Assembly: GCA_008632985.1 (NCBI GenBank)
Contig: QPGO01000039.1
Coordinates: forward strand, 248,001 to 312,000
Direction of reading: 5' to 3'
Source of the DNA: Psammoneis japonica
Lineage: Eukaryota
Length of the DNA: 64,000 bases
In this document: positions 36,901 to 48,165 of the stretch, one piece after another
Layout: the number at the start of each line of letters is the position of its first letter
How positions within the stretch are numbered: position 1 is the stretch's first letter
Position numbers and translations under genes: made by a program
The notes under the pieces: generated by a model
The model's input: the letters and a program-made list of their open reading frames with translations, nothing else
What the model was told of the DNA's origin: nothing
Database searches by the model: none

Positions 36901-37648
36901 ACACCACCCCTTTTGCCACCTTTGCCTCTGCCTTGTTTGCCTTTCACCATTGCAGTGGCATTGGTTTGTCCAACACTTAAAAGAAAGAACCGCACAGGTC
37001 GATGCAGCAGTGCTTCACTTTTTTAGAAAATGTGGCGCTCAAATGAAGCCAACATGTTGTTCACACAAACACACTGACACACACAATTTTTCCCGCCAAA
37101 ATTTTTTATCATGAAACGAACATCATGTGATCACTGTCAAATTTGCGCACCTCATTTCTTTGATCGGTGAGGAACCGAAATGGTGGAACACTTTTGAGGT
37201 GCTGAACACGATTTGATTTGAATGCATTCTACAGACATGTCGGCGTGCATTGGGGGGGTCATCCCCGCGTTTGTCCTAAAATTGCCGTTGCATTTGAACA
37301 AGGTTTTTTGCAGTGCTTGTTTTTGAATGCAAGAATCATTCATGGTCACACCCGATCGTGCACGAAAACGAGAACCATCAGCACCGCGATCGAAGCACGA
37401 CGATGATGACAATCATCGACATTTCTCAAAAACGCAGTTTGCCGTCTACCAACTTTTCATGCACGCACAATCTTTGACACACAACAAACATAAAACAAAT
37501 GAGAGTTGGCAGACGGACCACCTCCGTCACAGACTTATGGCTTGTTGTTTTCACCACGGTGAAGCACGGTGAAATTCAGGAAAAATCATGCAAAACACGA
37601 GCTGTTCGGCCGAATTCGAGCTAAAAAAAGCAGCAACCGACCACCCTC

Positions 37649-38257
37649 AAGGATGGATCATCTAGATGAGGTATTTTTTTAATTAGCTCGTGATTTTGCA
37701 ATTTCCCCGTGCTTCGCCCGTGTCATTTTGCGATGCCTCTGAGCACCCCCAAACACTTGTGACTGTGTCCAGCCCCCATCAGGGCTGTTAGATCCACATG
37801 TGGGCTACACACCTCAACCTTCAAATGCCAATTGTCGGATTCGGTGCAGTTGTCACATGCGACAAACCGCTGTTTTTCGCCAAAATCGCACTGTTTGTGG
37901 GAGACAAGCCACAACTTTCCAGGAAAAGCCGACAATTGGCGTTTGACTGGCCACTGACATATCTACAGTCGTCAAGCTAAAGATCGCGCATGGTCACAAC
38001 CATGGCCAACACATTCTATGATGTCTTTCGAAGGGACAAAGTTCGACCTATCGCTGAAAATATTTTGTTGGCGAGCGCGCGCATCCAGTACGAAAAATCC
38101 GGGTTTTTTCCAAAAAAATACGAGCTCGCGCGTAAACAGACCTCATCTCGACGATCCATCCTTAAAACAGGTCCGGGGGTCAAAAACTCCGATGTGCGCG
38201 ACCCTCAAGTGTTCCAGTTTCAAAGTCATCGAAAATATCCAAAAACACGGTACTGTA
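37649..38257. repeat. Nested inverted repeats, probable transposon terminus or MITE
   Basis: 37649-37672 vs 38140-38163 (22/24 inverted match). 37822-37841 vs 37926-37945 (18/20). Confidence 0.55.
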
Positions 38258-38652
38258 TAACGGCTACGGTTGTATGTCTGCCATTATTTACGATTGGAAA
38301 TGTCTTTTGTACGTACATACGTACTGTAATTTTGTTTCTTACGGTCTGGTGGTGCATGCGCGCGCAAGCGCGCCTAGGACTTCCCCGACGCTCGCTTCAC
38401 TACAGTAGCACACAACATTCCGATTCTCGCTCTTGATACCGGCATGTTTTAATGTTTTCACGTTGAAGTTGCGTATTCTGCGTTCGAAGACAAGTGAAGA
38501 TCCATTTTTCTCTGCAGCAAGCAACAACAATAACAACAACAACAAGAGACCAGTACATCGTCGTAACCTTCTCCACCGTACATTATCATAGCCGACGTTC
38601 ACTTATACCACAACATCTTCTTCTTTCTGGCGAGAACAAGAACACGTCCACG

Positions 38653-40432
38653 ATGAGAGCGCACGTCACACTGAACCTGTTCCTCTCGTCATCAATGGCT
38701 TTGTTCTCTGTTGTGGCCGCCACAACAGCGCATAAGCAGACTGGTGCTAACAACATGTGCGACGACAGCAAGTGTCGCAGCCCCGGCTTTTCGTCTGGAA
38801 CCGACTGCTGGGCTTCAATCGAGGGAGCCGTAATATGGAAACTGCCCTCATGTATAGACGACTATGAAGTGAAAGACCTTTCAAGCCTGGCCTCCTTCTA
38901 CGATGCCCCGTCAAACATCACGTACGGATGGTATACGTGTTGTCCTCCAGAACACAGTGAACCTCTTCCTCAGAAAGAGTGTACCGATCAAGTATGTACG
39001 AGTCCCAATGGCCGAGGGGGGACGGATTGCTGGGCAGATGCCCCCCATGAACCCATGACGTGTGGAGGTGGCGAGTACCGCTTTCCCAGACACACCACCG
39101 CTATGTCCCGACACTACTCTCGTCGGTATTATAATTATGTGTGCTGCAAGACAGACAATGGAACTCCGCCACTCCGGAGGCAGCTTTACACAGGAGAGGC
39201 AATGAGGGTGTTTCTCGGATGCCTGGCCTTATGTTTCACTCTTGTTCTCATCTTTGCTATCCTATGCTCTCGCAAAGCGCGAAGAAACCCGTTCAATCTC
39301 TACCTTGTTGCCTTAACAATTCCAGATGCCAGTCACTCTGCCTTAGCCATTGTATTAGGATCAGGGGCCATCAGCGGAAACCTAGTATCATCCAACGCTA
39401 TGATATTCATAACCTACTTCTACAATGCAGCAAACATTTGGTTAAACTCGGTGGTGGCATTTCAATTGTACCGGATTCTCCGCGAGACAAAATTTGCAAG
39501 ACGAGTTGCCCCACCCTCCATCATGCGTGTGTGGACGGAAACAGCAATTGTCTATTCCTTTGCGATCGCTGTAGGGGTTGGCTCTGTTTTCATCTTTGAA
39601 CGTCTGCAGTTTCGCGAAGACTTTCAGAAGATCCTCGGGGTTCTGTGGGTTGTTATTGCTCTTGTCCCCTTTCTATACGTTGGGTACATCTGTGTCCGTA
39701 TTTGGATGGGCAATTTGCTCTCAATTTCTCGACGGACAAGAGTATTGGCACTCTACTTTTTGAGAATCATCCTTGTATATTATCTTTTCTTTCTTCCCTG
39801 CGCCATTTTGCAGGTTGTCGAAGCAGGAAATGTTGATTGGGACGGGCTACCTTTGACTTACTTCCATTGGTACGTTGTTTGTAAATGGCGGAACTGCTGC
39901 AATCTCAGTTTCACAGATTTCATCCATCGTTTCATGTCACGTGTTCTTCAGGTACATATCTTGTTTGCAGTCAGTTGCGTCAGTGTCAATGGCTCTAACG
40001 AAACCTGAAGTGCTCGCTGCGACGAAGAAGTTGCTATTCTGCCGCTTTGCGGGCGACAAAAGCAATGATGCGAATGGAGATACTCCGAGCTATGCTATGG
40101 ATTGTTTTTCTCGATCCGACTCTTTAGAGCGGATGACAGTCGTGAGTAGACTTTCCAGTATTCTTGTTGTCGGGGCGATATATCGAAAGAACTCCTCCCT
40201 GAGTGATGTAGAACAAGGCATTTATGATCAGAAGGCCGTAGACAAAAATGACACATCTGCTGGTGGTGGCCAGAAAGAAGAAGAAGAGGAAGAAGCGCCA
40301 TGTTGTGAACTTGCTTCCGAAGAGTCGCTTCAGGAGAACGAACTGGATAAAGGCAATCACGCAATTTCTGAAGGTAGCAGGCACGGAAAGCAAGTGGCCC
40401 CTCTCCACTTACATCAACAACCACCGCAATAA
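38653..40432 (+). CDS. 7TM GPCR-like receptor with signal peptide and duplicated Cys-rich ectodomain; intron 39870-39951
   Basis: RKARRNPFNLYLVALTIPD, ANIWLNSVVA, RVLALYFLRII, ALTKPEV; seven hydrophobic segments. Confidence 0.8.
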
Positions 40433-40739
40433 GAACATGATTGTTCTGTTGCCACATCTACTTCATCCAGCACAGATCGTTCACTCAAATGACAGAAAAA
40501 TTGAGAAACCTCCTTCATGTACATGCTCACGAGGAGAAAGTGCGGGGTCGAATTTTTGATGAAATGGTCGGATGACTGTTCTCTCGGGGATGACAAGGTG
40601 GATTGCGAAAGGATTTGATCACGAATATTCAGAGCCTCATAATATTTGCTGAGGGATTGAGCCCGACATCGACATTTAACTTGCTGTAATGTTAAACTTT
40701 TAAGCTTGTTCGTACACTCAGCAACATTAAAATTTTCCG

Positions 40740-43500
40740 CCCTCTTTGGGGTATGGACAACAGCCTTACCACAGGCTATTTGAGCAACTTGGCAATCAAT
40801 TCATTGGCTAGAGAAACCACCCTTTCCGAGTGCTTGTCCCACACGTGGCTTTTTGGTCTCCGGATCTTCAATTTTCAATTGGTCCTTGGACCACGGGTTG
40901 CCATCGGCATGAAGAGGCAGGCTCCTTGCAACGCAGCTTCTGCATTGAAATCGGGATCCAAGGAAGCCCGCAATGCAGCCAGAGCCCCCTGACTGGGAGA
41001 AAACTGAAAGATGCAGAAGCCACATCAGCAAATCATTCCCATCATGCCCAAAGATGCGCCAAAATCACTGGCAATGCTTCCTGGTTGTTGTGAGGTAAAG
41101 TTGATGAATGGCTCCTTTCTGGCCAAATGATGCACAGCCACCACATCACCAAGCTTGGCCCATCCACAATTGAGGACCAAGTCCAGAGGGTGCCACTGGC
41201 ACAGCTGCCGTTGTCACATCAAATTTAAGGGCCCCTTTGGATGCACCTCCTTTGGTGGGCTTGTTGAGTGGTTGCTGGGGGTCAAAGTCCAAGAACAAAC
41301 AGTGTCCAAAAGAAGCCACAAAGATGCAGAGGGGCTTGCATGTGGAGGTTGCAGCAGCCTTCAAAGGAGCCAAAAAGTTTTGCCCAACACTTGCCTCTGC
41401 ACCTTGTTTGGTGACCCAACAGTCAGGAACACTGGCCCCAGCATTGTTGGCTTCAGCTTGCATGGCAACCAACACTGCAGATGTCAAGTCGTCAAGATTG
41501 CACTTTGCATGACAGAGCTTGGGTTTGGGCAGACCACGTTTTGTGGCTTCAGCTCAAGCAGATTCTTTGGCCTTTCCAAGCTTTGCGGTGTTCTTGAAAA
41601 CAAGGTCTCACAGCATGTCTTGGCGTTTGGTGCCTTTCTGGCACTTTGTAGCCAAAAGCAGAGCTGTGTGCTGTGCAAAAAGGCATGGTTTTTGTCTTTG
41701 TGGCGTGGCTTCATCAAGGGGCACGTCATGGTTTCCAGCAAATCATGCTGGTGTCCACAAGTGAGAAAGAGCAATGCAAGTAAGAAAAAGCAATCAACAG
41801 CAAGCAACAGCGCCCTCACGACTAAAACACAAACAACTTTTATGAATGAATGTTCTGTTGGCAAAATGTTCTTCGCCAAACAAGACTGGGTGCAATGGAT
41901 GACCGTTAAGACGACAATGCCAATGACTTGAATTTCCTTTAAATTTGTGTGAATGCACATGTCCTGGAGAGACGGACGCACGTGACCGTTGGTTGGTGGA
42001 AAAAGCCAAGTCATGGAGACCTCGGTTGTCCAGGGACTTGCCAAGATCGCAATTCATCACCCTCAGACTGCCTGCGCTGGTCTGCAGAAGTCCCCACAAC
42101 ACCAGTGGCAGCATGTCCAATGTGCAGCAAAGGACTGCAATGAATTGTTTGCGGACACAGAACGCACGACACAGCGCAATTTTCTGCCGGCACTGACAGG
42201 CAAGACCTTGGCCGACGACGACCCGAGACCAGCCCCATCTGCCCTCCCAATCATGTTTTTGGGACTGTCCATCCCTCGTCCAACTGAGTCCACAGCTCAC
42301 AACTGTGAAGGAAGTGCTCTCGCGTGCTCCCACGTGATCGACTCACTCCATGGCCGCTCCCAGTTCTCTCCTCCGCAGTCCACAAGGACACCACGCGAAA
42401 AGTGAAACAGGAAGCACCTGACAGAAAAGTCAAAGCACATGGGGAGACCCTCAAAACAGTCCTCAGGACCCTGCCTGACCTTCAGGCCAGAGCTGTCAAG
42501 CGCAGCACCAAGACTGGAGCGTGGCTGTCAGTGTGCCCTTTGTCGCTGAACAGCGTAGAACTCTCATGCCAAGAGCTCTGAGGCGCACTCTGTCTGTGGT
42601 GTGGTGGTGCTCCACCCAACGTCCCGGAGTGCTGTGATGGATGTGGATGCAAATTCTTCATGAGTTGCGCCCTTCAGTGCAAGAAGGGCAGCCCAGTCAT
42701 CTCACGACATGACGAAGCACCTGACAACCCAGAGGTGGCCCAATGGGCAAGGCTTGCAAACCTTCCTGCGTGTGCGATGAACCCCTGATCAACCCCACTG
42801 GTTGCAGCACAGGAAGCTCAAGCACCCCAACAGTTCCCCAGGAAACACCACCTCCAACAAGCCCAAGGATGGCGATCGTGGAGACCTTCTTGGCATGAGA
42901 TTTTGGGACAGAAGGACAGACATGGTGACAGATGTTCGCATCCCCAACACGGACGTGTGAAGTCACACCTGTCTAAAACACCAGAAGAAGTCCTGGCAAG
43001 CCACAAATGTGAAAAAAGTGCAAGCACCTTCAACCAGGTCTTGGAACAATGCCGCCACTTCGCACCATTCGTTGCATCATGCGATGGACTTTTTGGCAAA
43101 GAAGCCAAGGCGATGCTCCGCAAGACAGCATCGAAACTTTTCGACAAGTGGCAAAAGCCATGTTCCGAAGCATGCAGCTACATCAATGCAAGGATGAGCA
43201 TCACCACAGTCAGGGCAACCCACCGTTGCCTCAGGGGGTCCCGCATTCCCGCCTCTCAGATCAGCTCTCCAGGCGACCTCAGTGGGAAGATGGCGCAGGT
43301 CTGTCCCTTTGCAGACACTGAACGACCCTGATGCAATCAAACCCCACCTGTCCAGACCATTTGCCTGCCGACAGTCCACAGAGATCACTGACACCATGCC
43401 CAGAAGACAACAAAAACCCATCATCATGCTGAACACGGCGCCAGATTCAGCTCAAAATTCATGCGCACTGCCTGCGAAATTGCACGCGTCAACCACCCCT
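40740..43500. other. Hypermutated block E
   Basis: TA strongly depleted. Left half is an unidentified decayed sequence; right half is a non-LTR relic. Confidence 0.85.
41930..43330 (+). mobile_element. 5'-truncated CRE-like non-LTR retrotransposon (thumb, zinc knuckle, restriction-like endonuclease), decayed
   Basis: GLQKSPQHQWQHVQ, FLPAL, GLSIPRPT, GAWLSV.P, CDGCG..F...ALQCKKG..VISRHDE, RGDLL...FW......DVRI, FAPFVASCDGLFGKEA, ARMSI..VRATHRCLRGSR. Confidence 0.85.
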
Positions 43501-43911
43501 CACTCGTACGGACTGCATTGACCATCACATGACATCCATTTGTTCTCTTCGAGGACGGTGCTTGTAGGAATTTGCACTGAAACCAGCATGTCAATCAGTG
43601 CGATTGGGGCATTCGGAATCGGAAGAATTATGAGAACGCTGGACAGACGCTACGTCTTTTTCATCCGTACGGTACGGCCGTTGATTTGAAATTGTACTGA
43701 CAAACACCGTACAGTACCGGCACCCCAAACGCACAGACTGACAGAATTTATTCGAACAGCGCTGTACTTGCTGTACGGTACAGTATGTTGTGCTGTCCTG
43801 ACACGTCGCTCCCCCGCCGTCCCCCAAACATGCGCAACCTTGCTTGCAACGCCGCCGGTGAATAGGCAGGATCTTATTTTGTTGCCTTCGCACTGTCTGA
43901 GCTTCAGCAGC

Positions 43912-44314
43912 ATGTCTACCACTGACGACACCACCACCACCAACAACAACACTCCATCTGTGGAAACAACAACGACGACAGAAAAACCAGTGTCAACATG
44001 GAAATTGCCCGATGGAATTGAAGATCATATTGAAGCTGGTCTGTTTCTTATTTGCGGCTGAGAAAGATTTTCCTAGTAAAATCTTTTGTGTGGATGAAAT
44101 AAAATCTCACTTATGTTTTGCTCTCTATTTTGTCTTTTGTTCAGGACTCATCAAATCGGCTGCGGGTATTGTGGTGGGTGGTTTGGTTGGAACACTCTTT
44201 TTCAAATCCGGCAAGGGATGGAGAGCTGCTGGTGCCGCCACGGGATTGGGTGTCGCTCTTGGATCCACCTTGGAACGAGCGCTAGTTGCGGATAATGAAA
44301 AGCAACAGAAATAA
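43912..44314 (+). CDS. MIC10: MICOS complex subunit Mic10; intron 44039-44144
   Basis: Small two-TM protein with Gly motifs GIVVGGLVGTLFFKSGKGWRAAGAATGLGVALG. Confidence 0.75.
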
Positions 44315-44907
44315 ATAGAGAGAGTCATGTTTTGGCAAAACAAAATATGATTTCCTTGCGAGAAGAGTGAAGATTATATCTTGGGCGTTTTTGCTGCGAA
44401 ACTTGACTTTTGCTTCGTCCAGAGATTGGGTTTATCGTCAAAACACTAGCAACTGGCTGCCTCGTGCTCTAGAGTACTATTGTTTTTATTCCTATTGTGT
44501 ATTCCTACTTTGTTGTGCGACACTGTACTGCATCCCCGCAGCGGGCCGGAGCAACAGACTCTTGGCCTCTCCAGAAGTGTCCCCGTCTTGTGGCACTATT
44601 TCGATACCTCAGCTACACAATAGTCCGCCCATGCCCCTATAGCTGTCCAAAATGGATTTCGCACTCATGTCCTACTGCCTTTCTAGTGTCATGTGTCATA
44701 TTGCAAGAAAGAAAAAGGAAGAGTGCGTTTGTTTTAGCTGAAAACACACACACAATTGTCAATGAATCTACTTGTTAAACCTTACTTGCTCAGTTTGTCA
44801 ACCAGCAGCTGCAAAATCATTGGTAATGTTTGCCTACTTAACTGGTTTCACTACTGCTATGGTGAGGGAGAGTTACAATTGAACCAACCATAAAATAAAA
44901 GATTTCT

Positions 44908-47718
44908 CTAAGAACGATTCCTCAGATGCGGAGGAATGTATTTTTTGGGCGCCGATGTCGGAGTAGTAGTCGAGGTTTCACTCTGGAGAGACTGGCGCAT
45001 TGGTTCCGTGTCGAATGTGTTGGCCGACGCCGTCTTGACGGGAGACTTACTACTGCTGCTAGCCGTAGTACTAGTACCGCCCTTGCTCGTTCCCCCTCCT
45101 GATGTGCTACTACTCTCCTTGGAGCTCTTACTTGTCTTGACAGCAACCGCCACACTGGCATCACCGCGCAGTAGTTGACTCTTGCATTCGCCTTGAATGC
45201 CCATTTGTCGACGCATGTCCATCTTGAAATTTTGAATGTCACCCTTGTAGGGAGCCACCTCCTTGTGATCGCAAATCCAAATCTCCTTGGCAACTTGAGA
45301 AATGAGACGCATGTCGTGCGATACCAACACGAGGCCACCTTTGAATTCATTCACAGCCTTGGCCAAGGCGTCAATGGATTCCATATCCAAGTGATTGGCT
45401 AAAACAAGAGAAAGAAAGAATGAGTCGGGTGAAACCCACAAACAAGAAACGTCCTCGCAAAAAACGTGCATTTTTACTTACTCGGTTCGTCAAGCAGGAG
45501 CTGTTTAGTCGGGAGAAATGCCGGAAACAAAAAGTAGGTTAGAGCGTCATCAAAACATCTCCCAATACATCCACTATATATTCAAAAACAGTTACACAAC
45601 TCACAATATGAGGCACGTCCCGTCCGAGCTTGGCAAAGACGACTCGACTCTTTTGTCCGTCACTGAGTTCCTCCATTTTTTGCACTTGCATCTTGCCCGA
45701 CACACCAAATCGGCCCAAGTACTTGCGTTGCTCTTCGCGCGGGTCGTTGGGGTACATTTTTTCGAAAAACTCCAGAGGCGTCAAGTCCAGGTCCAAGACA
45801 TCGACAAAGTGCTGCGTAAAGCGTCCCAGTTTCAAATGTCCGTGGGGACGAATGTCGCCAAGCGTTGGTTGGAGTTCGCCGCTCATGAGTTTCACCAAGG
45901 TCGTCTTGCCTGCACCATTGGGTCCGACGAGCGCCACGCGACTGTCCAAGTCGACTCCGAAATTGAGATTGGAATAGAGCGGTTCACAGTTGGGGTATGC
46001 AAACTTGACGTCGTGAAACGCAAGGACCGGTGGAGGCAAGTGACCGGGATCGGGAAACATGAAATTCATGAGCTTTTCTTCGACGGGTTTCTCCGTCAAA
46101 CCAGCACGAACCATTTTGGCCAAGACCTTCTCCTTGGACTGAGCCTGCTTGGCATTCTTGGACGTGCCGTGGCCGAAACGTGCAATGTACTCCTTCATGG
46201 ACTTGATTTGGTCCTGTTCCCACTTGTATTGCTTCCACTGGTTCTCTTCCTTTTCTCGTTTGGTTTTGATGAATTGATCGTAGTTTCCGTCATAGTATAC
46301 AAGCTTCTTCTTGCTGGTAAAGTGAATCATGTGCGTGCAGACATTGTTCAGAAAGTCTTGCGAATGAGAAACCAACAAGAGAATCTTATCCCAATTACTC
46401 AGATAGTCTTCCAGCCAAATGACACTGCGTGGCGGCGTGCAAACAAGAACGAGTTCAATAATGAACTTAGTGCATATCTGAAACGTAAAATGCAATGACT
46501 ACAGCAAACTACTTACGCTTCCATATCCAAGTGGTTGGCTTAAGAACGAGGATAAGAAGAATAAATAGATCGTAAGCCAGCTGCAAACAAAACCATTCTT
46601 ATTAGAACGAGATCCATACTTACTCGGTTCATCCAACAACAAACACACGGGTTGAATAAAGAGCGCCCTTGCCAAGCTCACTCGCATACGCCAACCACCG
46701 GAGAAATCCTTTGTTTTCTTGGACTGCATCTCGTGCGTAAACCCTAAACCCTTGAGAATCGATCGCGCCCGCACCTCGGCGGTATCGGCATCCAGAGCAT
46801 CCAATCGTTCATAGACCGCGTTCAAGGCATCCATGATTTCTTCCGTAATTTCTTCCGCCGTTTTTTCTTCTTCCTCATCGTCGTCTTGGTTTTCTGGCAC
46901 TCCATTATCCGTCACGGCAGACAAGGCATTGTTCAAATCTTCCACCTGCTTTTCGAGTCGCGTCCGTTCCTCGTCCACACTCATGACGGCTTCCAATGCC
47001 GAAAGAGTATCGGATGCTTCGACTTCCTCCTTGAGGTGAAAGATATCAATGCCTGATGGAATTGGAACTGCCCGGGCACCGAGTGCCTTCATAAAGGTAC
47101 TTTTGCCTGTGGTGAAAAATCAACAACAACGTCGGATAAGATAATGACGTGTTTCCCTCGTGTAGGACGATCACTTGTAAATTCAGTAACTGCTCAACTC
47201 TACTTACCGCAACCGTTCCTCCCGATCAATCCATAACGATTTCCATGGTTCAGAATAATCTCCGTTTCATCCAGCATTACACCACCCATATGCTGAAGCG
47301 TAAAGTGTTTAACATTGATATCACGAGATCTCGAGTCCACACCCTTTCTCGACGTTGCAAAGGTACAGATTGTCCCTTGCGCTGCCAAGAGATCCGCAGC
47401 AGTCTCTTCGTTTCCATCCGTACCGTTACTCGTTGCCTTGGACAAGAGCTCCGCGGCGCTCTCCGTCGCTGCTGCGGCTTCGTTGTCGTTGTTCTTTTTG
47501 CCCTTTTTTGCTTTCTTCTTGGCTTCACGAGCCGCCTTGGCTCGGGCTTTCTTTTCTTCCTTGGTGAGTTTCTTTTCAAAAATTTGATCCTCACCACCTC
47601 CCATGGCAGCGTCAGATGTTTGATCCTTGACAAAAGTCTCATCCGGAATGGCAGCCTCCTCGCGTGCCAATTGTTCCAATCGCTGCTTTTCTTTCTTTTG
47701 ATGCCATTTCGATGTCAT
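44908..47718 (-). CDS. ABCF2: ABC-F family ATPase (ABCF2/Arb1-like), 6 exons; introns 47107-47207, 46539-46623, 46425-46516, 45501-45604, 45399-45481
   Basis: Two NBDs without TMs: [61 protein letters not shown]. All junctions GT-AG and in frame. Confidence 0.92.
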
Positions 47719-48165
47719 GATGATGAATGCTTTTCAAGTACTCTATCGATACCTCCTTTTAGAAACTAGGCTAACAAAGAACGAGGAGATAACGGTAGTG
47801 TTGATCAATTGACCGCCTGTTAGCACCCACCGGTCAATAGAAACTATGAATTGATTACACTCGCTGTGCTGCAGCAACAAAGTTGCGGTTGCTGGCGTTT
47901 TCCTTTGCCTCGCGTCCTTCCATGGATTTCCCGCAAAAATTTTGTACTGGATTCGTACGTTGAATTCTACACAGCGCGAGCAAGCACCAAATTTTCAAAC
48001 GTGCGTAGGCTTTCGTAGGTTTTGTACCAGCAAAGATACTTCCGCCTGCCAACAAGCTGAATCATCTCTCGCTATCGGCAAAACAACCGCAAGGACTCCA
48101 TCGTTCTGCTATGAGATGTTCCGGTTCCGGATCGGTGTTAAAAGCTCCAAAAGAGAAAAGAAAAC

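Larger units (their letters stand above)
30950..37960. other. Hypermutated block D: nested DNA transposon relics
   Basis: No TA seen in 33296-34317. Contains two transposase relics and a MITE. Confidence 0.9.

Noticed and set aside
30950..37960. Alternative genetic code or TGA readthrough in the Tyr-less regions
   Set aside because: Depletion affects all frames and both strands, frameshifts are present, and flanking genes use the standard code.
40740..43500. Sequencing or base-calling artefact as the cause of TA loss
   Set aside because: Considered unlikely: changes go to both TG and CA, differ between duplicate copies and track TE boundaries. Not formally excluded without raw reads.
45518..46498. 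326-aa plus-strand ORF (also 867-1553 and 47149-47769)
   Set aside because: Antisense shadows of well-supported minus-strand genes.
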